DNA from: Tubiluchus corallicola
Taxonomy: Eukaryota > Animalia > Priapulida
NCBI GenBank assembly: GCA_030141605.1
Contig: JAQGDQ010001252.1
Location: forward strand, 1 to 52,030
Reading direction: 5' to 3'
Length of the DNA: 52,030 nucleotides
Below the pieces are notes generated by a model. The model did not search any database. It was not told the DNA's origin and saw only the letters and a list, made by a program, of their open reading frames with translations. Numbering within the stretch: position 1 is the stretch's first letter; each line of letters starts with the position of its first letter. Below are positions 1 to 52,030 of the stretch, in pieces. The translations under genes and the position numbers were made by a program.

Positions 1-140
1 ATGCTTTTCGCAAAAAATTAGCAGGCACTTTGCCAGTTTATAGTAACTATAGGATATTGATGACTTATAATGATGGATACCGATGAATGGAAAAATGCAG
101 TAAAGGCCAGTTTTTGGTTTCTAAGAAACAAACTGCCTAC

Positions 141-357
141 CTTACCACAATCAGTACAGTTATAAGGTTTGATGTCAGTGTGGGTGAGCAAGTGAGTCTT
201 CAGATTGCTCCTCTGATTGAAACTACGTCCACAGGTAGGGCACTTGTGAGGTGACTCCTCCATGTGAAGAATGCGATGAACAGCCAGCGTGCGAGATTGG
301 CAGAATCCCTTCCCACAATCTAAGCATTTGAATGGCTTTTCTTTCGAGTGAATATAC
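141..357 (-). CDS. Osr: Odd-skipped family zinc-finger gene, left copy, ZF3-ZF5(partial) exon; continues beyond window
   Basis: Mirror of 51674..51890. Confidence 0.92.
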
Positions 358-1345
358 CTGCGAAAAGGTAAATAAAATAGCTTTAAAATGTGTATGTAAA
401 CCTTAACCTTTCCCTACAAAGTTATATTAATTTACATTACACTTTGGCAGAATTGAGTAACTAGAAAAGAAAATTCTTAGTAATTTAAATGTATGCACCA
501 ACTGGCAAAACGTCACTAAAGATATTATTAATCTTATTGACAGGATAAAGTAATTTATACTTCTGTCAGTTCTGTTTAATTAGTGAAGTGTGCACTACGA
601 ATGCTCTAATTATTTTTTCCAGTTTTACACAATGCTATCTAAACTTTTTTCAAACGATCTACTGTCAAAATGACTGCACCTCTTCGTGGACGTTTAGCTA
701 TCAAGTTAGCATTCCCTCTGATACAAGCTCTGTGCACAATAAGGCAGCATGTAGGTGATATAAATTTCAAGACTTTTTTTAGCTTTATGTAACTAAAGAG
801 TTTTTTGTTCTATAGTAATAAATTCGTTCGTATAATGGTCAACAAGCTACAAAAATAAGAACTATTTAGTAATGCATCCAAACAAAATGTACCAGAAAAT
901 GATATTACAGGTAGCAGTTTTAATTTTGGTGTAGCTTGTTTCCCACAAAATTATACAAATTGCCGCAATAAACTGCTTTTCACAGAATGAATTTTAAATG
1001 TCCAATGTTGAAAAATTTCCTGGGACTAGCAATATTTTAATGATACAATTAGGCAAGAACAGAAGCGGTTTTTAATGTGAATAATACGCAGAGGCTAGCT
1101 TTTCCCACGACTTAAAATTTACAAAATATAAACTAAGAACAGAATTGCCATTCAACAGTGTAAAAAATAAAACGGTTCTTGCAAAAGTTTTTATTTTAGC
1201 AAACAAGAGAAGACGATGATCTGCATGACAGAAAATTCATAAGGAGGGAAACATCCAAGAGAAGAAGCAATGAATTGTTTTACTGATTATACCTTATGCG
1301 GCATCAAATTACAAAACGTATTTTTCTGAGGAAATCTTAGTGTAC

Positions 1346-1590
1346 CTGTGATCTCTTAAATGATCTTGACGTCGAAAGGCCTTGTGACATATGTCGCAGG
1401 AGTATGGCCGCTCATCAGTGTGCGTTCTCTCATGAATCAGCAGGTTGTAGGATTTTGTGAAATGTCGGTGGCAGTATTTGCAGATAAATTCCTTCTTGCC
1501 TTTTCTGGCGTTTCCTACCCGCCGTGGTGCTTTGGCGCCTTGTTGGGCACCAGGGAAACTCCCAAAAGTACAAGCTTGAAATCCAAGCAT
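1346..1590 (-). CDS. Osr: Odd-skipped family zinc-finger gene, left copy, ZF1-ZF2 exon
   Basis: Mirror of 50441..50685 with identical translation. Confidence 0.92.
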
Positions 1591-1834
1591 CTAAGCAAAA
1601 GATGAAAATAGTATAATATAGTGGCAGCATGTGTAAACTCAGAACTACACTTCCATTTGAAACATTTTTTCCAAGTTTCAGCGACTCTATTGTATTTCGA
1701 GCTCTTTTTATGAAGAAACAGAAAATGAGCAAAAGTAGTTCAAAGCTGCTATGTAATGAACCAATCATTCACGTGATAAGGTCAGTCAGTTTAGTCCGAC
1801 GCCCAATCAGTCAGTTAGTCAACCGAAGACAATT

Positions 1835-2512
1835 ACAGGAACCCCCTCTCTTCCTCCCTGGTGTAGTCCAAAGGAAAGCGGAGCGATACGTTTGGCACCA
1901 GGTTGGCTGCAGGAGCTGCTGGAGTCAGTGAGCATGCTGCACTGGTCCGCCTTCGGGGCTCCACTTCTGATTTGGAAGGTTTACTCATCTACACATGGCC
2001 GTTGGGTCACTTGACCTCCTCCGCCCTCTAGCCGTTGGCTGCGTGTGCAGCTCCTCCGCCTAGTGTCGAGATACAGTGTGAGCATCCCGCCAGCCTACAG
2101 CACCTGGTATTCCTAGGCGGTCACCCATCCAAGTACTAACCAGGCTCTACGTTGCTACGCTGGTGTAGTCCAAAGGAAAGCGGAGCGATACGTTTGGCAC
2201 CAGGTTGGCTGCAGGAGCTGCCGGAGTCAGTGAGCATGCTCCACTGATCCGCCTTCAGGGCTCCACTCCTCTTTTGGAAGGTTTACTCCTCTACACATGG
2301 CTGTTGGGTTGCTTGACCTCCTCCGCCCTCTAGCCGTTGGCTGCTTGTGCAGCTCCTCCGTCTAGTGTTGAGATACAGTGTGGGCATCCTGCAAGCCTAC
2401 AGCACCTGGTATTTCTAGGCGGTCACCCATCCAGGTACTCACCAAGCTCTACGTTGCTTAACTTCGGTGATCAGACGATAACCGGTGTTTTCAACGTGAT
2501 TTGGCCGTAGTT
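1835..2512 (-). mobile_element. 5S rRNA-headed SINE (SINE3-like), tandem dimer
   Basis: Full-length 5S-like head 2393-2512, ~230-bp body, second 5'-truncated 5S head 2092-2156 and a second body. The same body recurs at about 12450-12535. Confidence 0.75.
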
Positions 2513-2665
2513 GTATAATAGTATTTCTACGTTATTGTAGTGTCGTAATTTGTTGCCGGCTCCAAGGGGTATTCCTGTATAGTTTTTTTTGCATCCATAC
2601 AATCTTCTTCATTTACTGACACATTTGTTACATATTGTGCTAAGAACTGGCATCTACTTATTATA

Positions 2666-3097
2666 CAGTCATTTGCAAAAGTTTAAGACCAAGCTCGAGT
2701 TTTCGGGATTTTCATCATACTGTACCCTGATTGCATCAGATTCTTTGTTGATTACATCATACTGCTAGTGGTCAGACAGGCAGCCATCAAGTGCTGAAGA
2801 CTTGCGAAGAGTTATCAAGGACGTTTGGGTTAAAGAAATTACTTCCGAGTACTGCCAAAACCTAATTTCCAGTATGCCTCTTAGAATGAAGGCAGTGATT
2901 GACAACTTCGGCGGCCATACAAAGTACTAAAATGTTCAAGGACTGTGACTATTTTTGGATAAAAACATACAAACTATGCTGTAGTATATATTTCTAGAAG
3001 AATAAATGAATAGTTTTTAGATGGAACCGTGTCAAACGATGGTTTTGTCAATTTTTATGAACAAATCACTTTGGTCTTAAACTTTTGCAAATGACTG
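2666..3097 (+). mobile_element. Tc1/mariner non-autonomous deletion derivative
   Basis: 27-bp TIR cagtcatttgcaaaagtttaagaccaa, TA on the left flank. Retains transposase C-terminus ...KDVWVKEITSEYCQNLISSMPLRMKAVIDNFGGHTKY*. Confidence 0.88.
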
Positions 3098-3218
3098 CAC
3101 ACATGAATATCTTATCAAAGTTCAGGTTCGAAAGCTCCATTTACATCTCAATAATTTCTTCGTTAACTTTAGCGGGACACGACACCTGGTGAACTAATTG
3201 GACTTCTGTCGTTTTCTG

Positions 3219-25121
<21,903 letters not shown>

Positions 25122-25281
25122 TGTCACATCACATGAAGGTCACATGGTACTCTGGAACAGAGAAGAAAAAAATCAACATTAAAATAAACTTGCAATATAT
25201 CTAGTAGCTGTCTGTCACTAGTTTAAATGGTAAACAACCTGTTAAACTATGTTAAAAGCGTTAGATTATGATAGATAATTA

Positions 25282-25588
25282 TGTTGATGAATGCTGGCAT
25301 GAAGCCCAGTTAAGGTGTGGTGTCACGTGAGCAAGTGATTCAGAAACGAAGCGTAGGCGTCGATGAGCCAAAGCTCGGGGCACGAGATATAAGCCTTGTG
25401 ATGCGCCCAGCTCAGGAGATTGAGTCTGGGAGCTGAGGGACAGCATGCTAGATCAGTGGGCTTGGCATTACTATCTGTTATATTTATTGTGTTTGATGTT
25501 CAATAAATGTGTAGTTTTATAATCTGACTCTTCATAGTTTTGCCATCCCTAAAACACCAATAATCAGCTTTACACAACCAATACAACG
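25282..25588 (+). mobile_element. Solo LTR, family B
   Basis: TGTTG...CAACG ends, 5-bp TSD aatta, TATAA and AATAAA inside. Mirror 28858-29164. Confidence 0.7.
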
Positions 25589-25604
25589 AATTATTTTTAT
25601 TATA

Positions 25605-25750
25605 TTACATACATCCATTGAAGGATGGCTTGACTAGTTAACCTTCTTGGTCTTTCGCCATCATATTTCCATTGTGATAATTAAATACATTTACTTGCCT
25701 CAGTTATATCATGAATATGGAAATAAATGCACGTTTTGAATTGAATTGAA
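25605..25750 (+). repeat. ~145-bp dispersed repeat, LINE/SINE-like 3' end with AATAAA and (TTGAA)n tail
   Basis: Also at about 13510-13655 (-), 28696-28842 (-) and 38352-38495 (+). Confidence 0.6.
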
Positions 25751-25795
25751 AAATTGAGTTTATGTGCAATTTAATTTGTTTCATTGTGTATATAA

Positions 25796-26030
25796 GTCAC
25801 GGTGGCTGAGTGGTACATGCTTGGCTGCCGATCGAGGGGTTCCGAGTTCGAAATCTACTCATGTCGGTATTTTTCGAGCCACATTCCACTTCAACAGGAC
25901 TCTCTGGTCTCCTTCCTACGTCTGCTCAACCCTAATTGGTCATGTACTGGGGGGTGGGGGTGGAGAAATGTCGTTGAAGCACTGACTGACGGGTCAACCA
26001 CCTATCCTCCTAATGTGTCAAGGTTAAATA
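25796..26030 (+). mobile_element. tRNA-derived SINE
   Basis: A-box tggctgagtgg and B-box gagttcgaaatc. Mirror about 28416-28650 (-). Confidence 0.55.
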
Positions 26031-26128
26031 TATAAAAATGCCTAGATTCCTCACTCCAATTAGCGTATTGAATCATTTTTCTGTTGTTTCTTCACTTTAC
26101 TACACTACCATGGTGCCTGACGGCGCTG

Positions 26129-26310
26129 TTAATGATGACGACAACAGCCGTTATCTACATCAAAACGAGTCATTAAATGTTTTTTTAATTTAGACTTGAA
26201 TATTGATAAAGAGCTGCTGTGTTTTAGTGATGTCGGTAATGAATTCCAAAGTTGTATTGCTTGCTTAGTAATGGAATTCTTTCCATATTGATTGTTCGTT
26301 CTGATGTTTC
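26129..26310 (-). mobile_element. CR1/L2-type LINE ORF2 C-terminal remnant spanning the left arm/spacer junction
   Basis: Minus-strand translation IRTNNQYGKNSITKQAIQLWNSLPTSLKHSSSLSIFKSKLKKHL..., with the WNSLP...FK..LK motif. Confidence 0.7.
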
Positions 26311-26778
26311 TTCAATTTAGTGTTCTGTTATTCATACTGGGGTTTTTAAGAAGTAGGAGCTTATTATGTGATTGTTCATAATCCGTACGATACAGTTAGC
26401 AACCATAGAGCACTGTGTACCTCTAATCTAGTACACTTTCACTAAAATACCGTGAACTATTTCTTCTAGATCACAGAGATTAACTCCTAGCAACTAGGCC
26501 CATCAAATCATTTTCCGAGTGACTACTCGTTCGAATCTAAAAACTGAACCCACTTCCGGTGTTTGAGATTTGAGAAATTTGCTAAAACCAGTTTCGATCA
26601 TTAGATATTGTTCAGCGCGTAACGTATGCGCTCATTAGCGTTAATAATAACAGGTATTCAGGAATGTAGATGTGGAATTAAGACTCGTCAATGTCTGTGT
26701 CCTCGTGTCAGTTCGTTCTCCCGAGGTTAAGCGAGTCAACAACAGTACATTGTAACGCGCTGATTACAAAATTGTAAA

Positions 26779-27705
26779 AGCAGTATTAATTTCACTGAAC
26801 TGAACACAACTGAGTTTGACGTGAGCTGAGATTACAAAATTGTAAAAGCAGTATTAATTTCACCGAACTGAACACAACTGAATTTGACGCGAGTTGAGGC
26901 AGGGATCATTGTGAAAGTGTCATGGGCGTACATGGTAAGTCTGATTATAATTATGAAACAAAGTAGAATTTTTCAAGGGCGGGTCCAGGATTTTTAGAAA
27001 GGGGGCCCCGGAATGTCAAAGAATGAAACGTTTGGTATATTACCACGGAGTGGACGAGTGCCGGAGAAAAAACGTTCTAGCGGCGCCTGGTGGGACTCTC
27101 GAAGGGAGATATACGGTTCTTTAGAAAGGGGAAGAACAGGGCTACACGATGATGTGGGCTATATTTTAGTACACGTCCACTGAGAGGAGTTCCGACGAGT
27201 TAATTAGATGTTCTATTTTCGGCAATTTACGCTTAGAAAACTGCTGATGCAAAGCCATTGTTCTTACGTCATCCATTATACTCTGCCTATAACTTTAATT
27301 CAGTAAAAGCTGCTGCTGGCTTTGCGTTAGGAAAATAAACGAACACCAGGTAGGATGTTCGCGTATTTTTGATTATACGTGTAAATTTATATGCAAAATT
27401 TTTTGCGGGGCCTTTGCTAGTGCAGTATTAATTTCACTGAACTGAACACAACTGAATCTGACGTGGGCAGAGATTACAAAATTGTAAATGCAGTATCAAT
27501 TTCACCGAACTGAACACAACTGAATTTGACGCGAGCTAAGGCAGGGATCATTGTGAAAGTGTCTTGGGCGTACATGGTAAGTCTGATTATAATTATGAAA
27601 CAAAGTAGAATTTTTCAAGGGCGGATCCAGGATTTTTAGAAAGGGGGCGCCGGAATGTCAAAGAATGAAACGTTTGGTATATTACCACGGAGTGGACGGG
27701 TGCCG
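26779..27705 (+). repeat. ~285-bp direct duplication in spacer (26779-27064 and 27421-27705), each with an internal ~68-bp tandem unit and an ATG|GTAAGT donor-like site
   Basis: Direct visual alignment. Confidence 0.85.
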
Positions 27706-27799
27706 GGGATGAGGGCACCCGCTGCGCTCCCTCGATCCGTCTACGTTTTCATTCTTGCTTGCCCCATACAAGTTACCTGGTACTCAATGTCATGATTAA

Positions 27800-28259
27800 C
27801 CCTTTCAGCCCCAAATTATTTTTTTAATAAGAAAAAAAATTTTCGCTTGATACTTTTGTTCAGTATGTCCATCTTGTTTACATAATAATAATTATTTTTT
27901 CTACCTGTGCCCGTGTGCTAAATATAGCCTGTATCCCACGGGATACATTGGGATTCAATGGAAGCATAAAATTTGCTTCATTTTGCAACTGCTGATCACT
28001 TTTTAAAGTATTTAAGACATTTAGTGTGCATGCTATGCTGATCTGTACAAAGTCGTCTCTAAAGTACTGTACCTTGCGCAGTTTTTTATGCTATGTAGAT
28101 TTTCTAGTTTGCCATTTTATCACCATTTTTAGTCTATTGTTATTGGCTTAAATCAAAACAACTATTAACAGAGCAAATAACTGTCAGTTTTAAAATTTTA
28201 TTAATTTTAGAAGCAGAAAATATTCTCGTATCCCATGGGATACAATGGGTATGAAAGGG
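27800..28259. mobile_element. piggyBac-type MITE, independent insertion in spacer
   Basis: Same family as 17322-17769, with TTAA on both sides. Ends 22 bp from the right arm junction. Confidence 0.85.
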
Positions 28260-28857
28260 TTAAGAAATAATCAGTCTGAAGTTTGATGTAGATAACGGCT
28301 GTTGTCGTCATCATTAACAGCGCCGTCAGGCACCATGGTAGTGTAGTAAAGTGAAGAAACAACAGAAAAATGATTCAATACGCTAATTGGAGTGAGGAAT
28401 CTAGGCATTTTTATATATTTAACCTTGACACATTAGGAGGATAGGTGGTTGACCCGTCAGTCAGTGCTTCAACGACATTTCTCCACCCCCACCCCCCAGT
28501 ACATGACCAATTAGGGTTGAGCAGACGTAGGAAGGAGACCAGAGAGTCCTGTTGAAGTGGAATGTGGCTCGAAAAATACCGACATGAGTAGATTTCGAAC
28601 TCGGAACCCCTCGATCGGCAGCCAAGCATGTACCACTCAGCCACCGTGACTTATATACACAATGAAACAAATTAAATTGCACATAAACTCAATTTTTCAA
28701 TTCAATTCAAAACGTGCATTTATTTCCATATTCATGATATAACTGAGGCAAGTAAATGTATTTAATTATCACAATGGAAATATGATGGCGAAAGACCAAG
28801 AAGGTCAACTAGTCAAGCCATCCTTCAATGGATGAATGTAATATAATAAAAATAATT

Positions 28858-29164
28858 CGTTGTATTGGCTGTGTGAAGCTGATTATTGGTGTTTTAGGGA
28901 TGGCAAAACTATGAAGAGTCAGATTATAAAACTACACGTTTATTGAACATCAAACACAATAAATATAACAGATAGTAATGCCAAGCCCACTGATCTAGCA
29001 TGCTGTCCTTCAGCTCCCAGACTCAATCTCCTGAGCTGGGCGCATCACAAGGCTTATATCTCGTGCCCCGAGCTTAGGCTCATCGACGCCTACGCTTCGT
29101 TTCTGAATCACTTGCTCACGTGACACCACACCTTAACTGGGCTTCATGCCAGCATTCATCAACA
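28858..29164 (-). mobile_element. Solo LTR, family B, mirror copy
   Basis: TSD taatt. Confidence 0.7.
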
Positions 29165-29325
29165 TAATTATCTATCATAATCTAACGCTTTTAACATAGT
29201 TTAACAGGTTGTTTACCATTTAAACTAGTGACAGACAGCTACTAGATATATTGCAAGTTTATTTTAATGTTGATTTTTTTTCTTCTCTGTTCCAGAGTAC
29301 CATGTGACCTTCATGTGATGTGACA

Positions 29326-48812
<19,487 letters not shown>

Positions 48813-48933
48813 CAGAAAACGACAGAAGTCCAATTAGTTCACCAGGTGTCGTGTCCCGCTAAAGTTAACGAAGAAATTATTGAGATGTAAATGGAGCTTT
48901 CGAACCTGAACTTTGATAAGATATTCATGTGTG

Positions 48934-49365
48934 CAGTCATTTGCAAAAGTTTAAGACCAAAGTGATTTGTTCATAAAAATTGACAAAACCATCGTTTGAC
49001 ACGGTTCCATCTAAAAACTATTCATTTATTCTTCTAGAAATATATACTACAGCATAGTTTGTATGTTTTTATCCAAAAATAGTCACAGTCCTTGAACATT
49101 TTAGTACTTTGTATGGCCGCCGAAGTTGTCAATCACTGCCTTCATTCTAAGAGGCATACTGGAAATTAGGTTTTGGCAGTACTCGGAAGTAATTTCTTTA
49201 ACCCAAACGTCCTTGATAACTCTTCGCAAGTCTTCAGCACTTGATGGCTGCCTGTCTGACCACTAGCAGTATGATGTAATCAACAAAGAATCTGATGCAA
49301 TCAGGGTACAGTATGATGAAAATCCCGAAAACTCGAGCTTGGTCTTAAACTTTTGCAAATGACTG
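48934..49365 (-). mobile_element. Tc1/mariner deletion derivative, mirror copy
   Basis: Mirror of 2666-3097. Confidence 0.88.
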
Positions 49366-49518
49366 TATAATAAGTAGATGCCAGTTCTTAGCACAATATG
49401 TAACAAATGTGTCAGTAAATGAAGAAGATTGTATGGATGCAAAAAAAACTATACAGGAATACCCCTTGGAGCCGGCAACAAATTACGACACTACAATAAC
49501 GTAGAAATACTATTATAC

Positions 49519-49638
49519 AACTACGGCCAAATCACGTTGAAAACACCGGTTATCGTCTGATCACCGAAGTTAAGCAACGTAGAGCTTGGTGAGTACCTGG
49601 ATGGGTGACCGCCTAGAAATACCAGGTGCTGTAGGCTT
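49519..49638 (+). pseudogene. 5S rRNA-derived sequence (SINE head)
   Basis: ~120-nt match to the remembered animal 5S consensus with scattered mismatches, including altered 5' terminal bases. Mirror at 2393-2512 (-). Confidence 0.8.
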
Positions 49639-50196
49639 GCAGGATGCCCACACTGTATCTCAACACTAGACGGAGGAGCTGCACAAGCAGCCAACGGCTA
49701 GAGGGCGGAGGAGGTCAAGCAACCCAACAGCCATGTGTAGAGGAGTAAACCTTCCAAAAGAGGAGTGGAGCCCTGAAGGCGGATCAGTGGAGCATGCTCA
49801 CTGACTCCGGCAGCTCCTGCAGCCAACCTGGTGCCAAACGTATCGCTCCGCTTTCCTTTGGACTACACCAGCGTAGCAACGTAGAGCCTGGTTAGTACTT
49901 GGATGGGTGACCGCCTAGGAATACCAGGTGCTGTAGGCTGGCGGGATGCTCACACTGTATCTCGACACTAGGCGGAGGAGCTGCACACGCAGCCAACGGC
50001 TAGAGGGCGGAGGAGGTCAAGTGACCCAACGGCCATGTGTAGATGAGTAAACCTTCCAAATCAGAAGTGGAGCCCCGAAGGCGGACCAGTGCAGCATGCT
50101 CACTGACTCCAGCAGCTCCTGCAGCCAACCTGGTGCCAAACGTATCGCTCCGCTTTCCTTTGGACTACACCAGGGAGGAAGAGAGGGGGTTCCTGT
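49519..50196 (+). mobile_element. 5S rRNA-headed SINE (SINE3-like), tandem dimer, mirror copy
   Basis: ctacggcc...cacgttgaaaacaccgg...gatcaccgaagttaagcaacgt...ggatgggtgaccgcc...gtgctgtaggct, followed by a non-rRNA body with no oligo-T terminator. Confidence 0.75.
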
Positions 50197-50219
50197 AATT
50201 GTCTTCGGTTGACTAACTG

Positions 50220-50272
50220 ACTGATTGGGCGTCGGACTAAACTGACTGACCTTATCACGTGAATGATTGGTT
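50220..50272 (+). promoter_or_regulatory. Candidate Osr promoter elements (two inverted CCAAT boxes and a CACGTG E-box)
   Basis: ctgattggg at about 50221, cacgtg at about 50256 and tgattggtt at about 50264, ~170-220 bp upstream of the Osr exon. Motif-only evidence. Mirror about 1760-1810. Confidence 0.3.
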
Positions 50273-50440
50273 CATTACATAGCAGCTTTGAACTACTTTT
50301 GCTCATTTTCTGTTTCTTCATAAAAAGAGCTCGAAATACAATAGAGTCGCTGAAACTTGGAAAAAATGTTTCAAATGGAAGTGTAGTTCTGAGTTTACAC
50401 ATGCTGCCACTATATTATACTATTTTCATCTTTTGCTTAG

Positions 50441-50685
50441 ATGCTTGGATTTCAAGCTTGTACTTTTGGGAGTTTCCCTGGTGCCCAACAAGGCGCCAAA
50501 GCACCACGGCGGGTAGGAAACGCCAGAAAAGGCAAGAAGGAATTTATCTGCAAATACTGCCACCGACATTTCACAAAATCCTACAACCTGCTGATTCATG
50601 AGAGAACGCACACTGATGAGCGGCCATACTCCTGCGACATATGTCACAAGGCCTTTCGACGTCAAGATCATTTAAGAGATCACAG
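50441..50685 (+). CDS. Osr: Odd-skipped family C2H2 zinc-finger gene (Osr/bowl/sob-like), exon with ZF1 and most of ZF2
   Basis: [51 protein letters not shown] is the odd-skipped family signature. Preceded by ttttgcttag acceptor; donor CAG|gtacac after 50685. Confidence 0.92.
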
Positions 50686-51673
50686 GTACACTAAGATTTC
50701 CTCAGAAAAATACGTTTTGTAATTTGATGCCGCATAAGGTATAATCAGTAAAACAATTCATTGCTTCTTCTCTTGGATGTTTCCCTCCTTATGAATTTTC
50801 TGTCATGCAGATCATCGTCTTCTCTTGTTTGCTAAAATAAAAACTTTTGCAAGAACCGTTTTATTTTTTACACTGTTGAATGGCAATTCTGTTCTTAGTT
50901 TATATTTTGTAAATTTTAAGTCGTGGGAAAAGCTAGCCTCTGCGTATTATTCACATTAAAAACCGCTTCTGTTCTTGCCTAATTGTATCATTAAAATATT
51001 GCTAGTCCCAGGAAATTTTTCAACATTGGACATTTAAAATTCATTCTGTGAAAAGCAGTTTATTGCGGCAATTTGTATAATTTTGTGGGAAACAAGCTAC
51101 ACCAAAATTAAAACTGCTACCTGTAATATCATTTTCTGGTACATTTTGTTTGGATGCATTACTAAATAGTTCTTATTTTTGTAGCTTGTTGACCATTATA
51201 CGAACGAATTTATTACTATAGAACAAAAAACTCTTTAGTTACATAAAGCTAAAAAAAGTCTTGAAATTTATATCACCTACATGCTGCCTTATTGTGCACA
51301 GAGCTTGTATCAGAGGGAATGCTAACTTGATAGCTAAACGTCCACGAAGAGGTGCAGTCATTTTGACAGTAGATCGTTTGAAAAAAGTTTAGATAGCATT
51401 GTGTAAAACTGGAAAAAATAATTAGAGCATTCGTAGTGCACACTTCACTAATTAAACAGAACTGACAGAAGTATAAATTACTTTATCCTGTCAATAAGAT
51501 TAATAATATCTTTAGTGACGTTTTGCCAGTTGGTGCATACATTTAAATTACTAAGAATTTTCTTTTCTAGTTACTCAATTCTGCCAAAGTGTAATGTAAA
51601 TTAATATAACTTTGTAGGGAAAGGTTAAGGTTTACATACACATTTTAAAGCTATTTTATTTACCTTTTCGCAG

Positions 51674-51890
51674 GTATATTCACTCGAAAGAAAAGCCATT
51701 CAAATGCTTAGATTGTGGGAAGGGATTCTGCCAATCTCGCACGCTGGCTGTTCATCGCATTCTTCACATGGAGGAGTCACCTCACAAGTGCCCTACCTGT
51801 GGACGTAGTTTCAATCAGAGGAGCAATCTGAAGACTCACTTGCTCACCCACACTGACATCAAACCTTATAACTGTACTGATTGTGGTAAG
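51674..51890 (+). CDS. Osr: Odd-skipped family zinc-finger gene, next exon (end of ZF2, ZF3, ZF4, start of ZF5); gene continues beyond window
   Basis: ttttcgcag| then [72 protein letters not shown] |gtaggc. Phase matches the previous exon. Confidence 0.92.
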
Positions 51891-52030
51891 GTAGGCAGTT
51901 TGTTTCTTAGAAACCAAAAACTGGCCTTTACTGCATTTTTCCATTCATCGGTATCCATCATTATAAGTCATCAATATCCTATAGTTACTATAAACTGGCA
52001 AAGTGCCTGCTAATTTTTTGCGAAAAGCAT

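Larger units (their letters stand above)
26165..28281. other. Non-palindromic central spacer (2117 bp), probably containing EOGT promoter/5' non-coding exon(s)
   Basis: Not mirrored. Contains a LINE remnant, a ~285-bp direct duplication, a piggyBac MITE, an ETS-like ccacttccggt near 26550 and consensus donors ATG|GTAAGT at about 26935 and 27577. The promoter role is inferred. Confidence 0.8.

Noticed and set aside
2393-2512. Functional 5S rRNA gene
   Set aside because: Altered termini, no oligo-T terminator, fused to a dispersed-repeat body, and adjacent to a truncated second copy.

Overview
Animal (metazoan) genomic DNA, AT-rich and intron- and repeat-rich. The whole window is one giant imperfect palindrome: left arm 1..26164, a 2117-bp asymmetric spacer (26165..28281), and right arm 28282..52030. 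The outer ends mirror each other exactly (position i pairs with 52031-i). Each arm carries a complete 12-coding-exon EOGT-like gene (EGF-domain O-GlcNAc transferase, 526 aa as spliced by hand), so two copies diverge head-to-head from the spacer. Each is followed on the same strand, about 1.6 kb downstream, by an odd-skipped-family (Osr/bowl/sob-type) C2H2 zinc-finger gene that runs off the window edge. Introns hold an internally deleted P-element with intact TIRs and 8-bp TSD, several solo LTRs with 5-bp TSDs, hAT, piggyBac and Tc1 non-autonomous elements, a 5S-rRNA-headed SINE, tRNA-SINEs, minisatellites and microsatellites. The arms are not identical: divergence is patchy and EOGT coding differences are mostly synonymous. 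Most strikingly, the 39-bp unit containing the end of EOGT coding exon 1 and its 5' splice site is amplified 26x in the left copy versus 2x in the right, and most of the extra donors lie behind an in-frame stop. All coordinates and counts come from manual reading; no database searches were run. A real palindrome cannot be told apart from a haplotype-fusion assembly artefact using this sequence alone.
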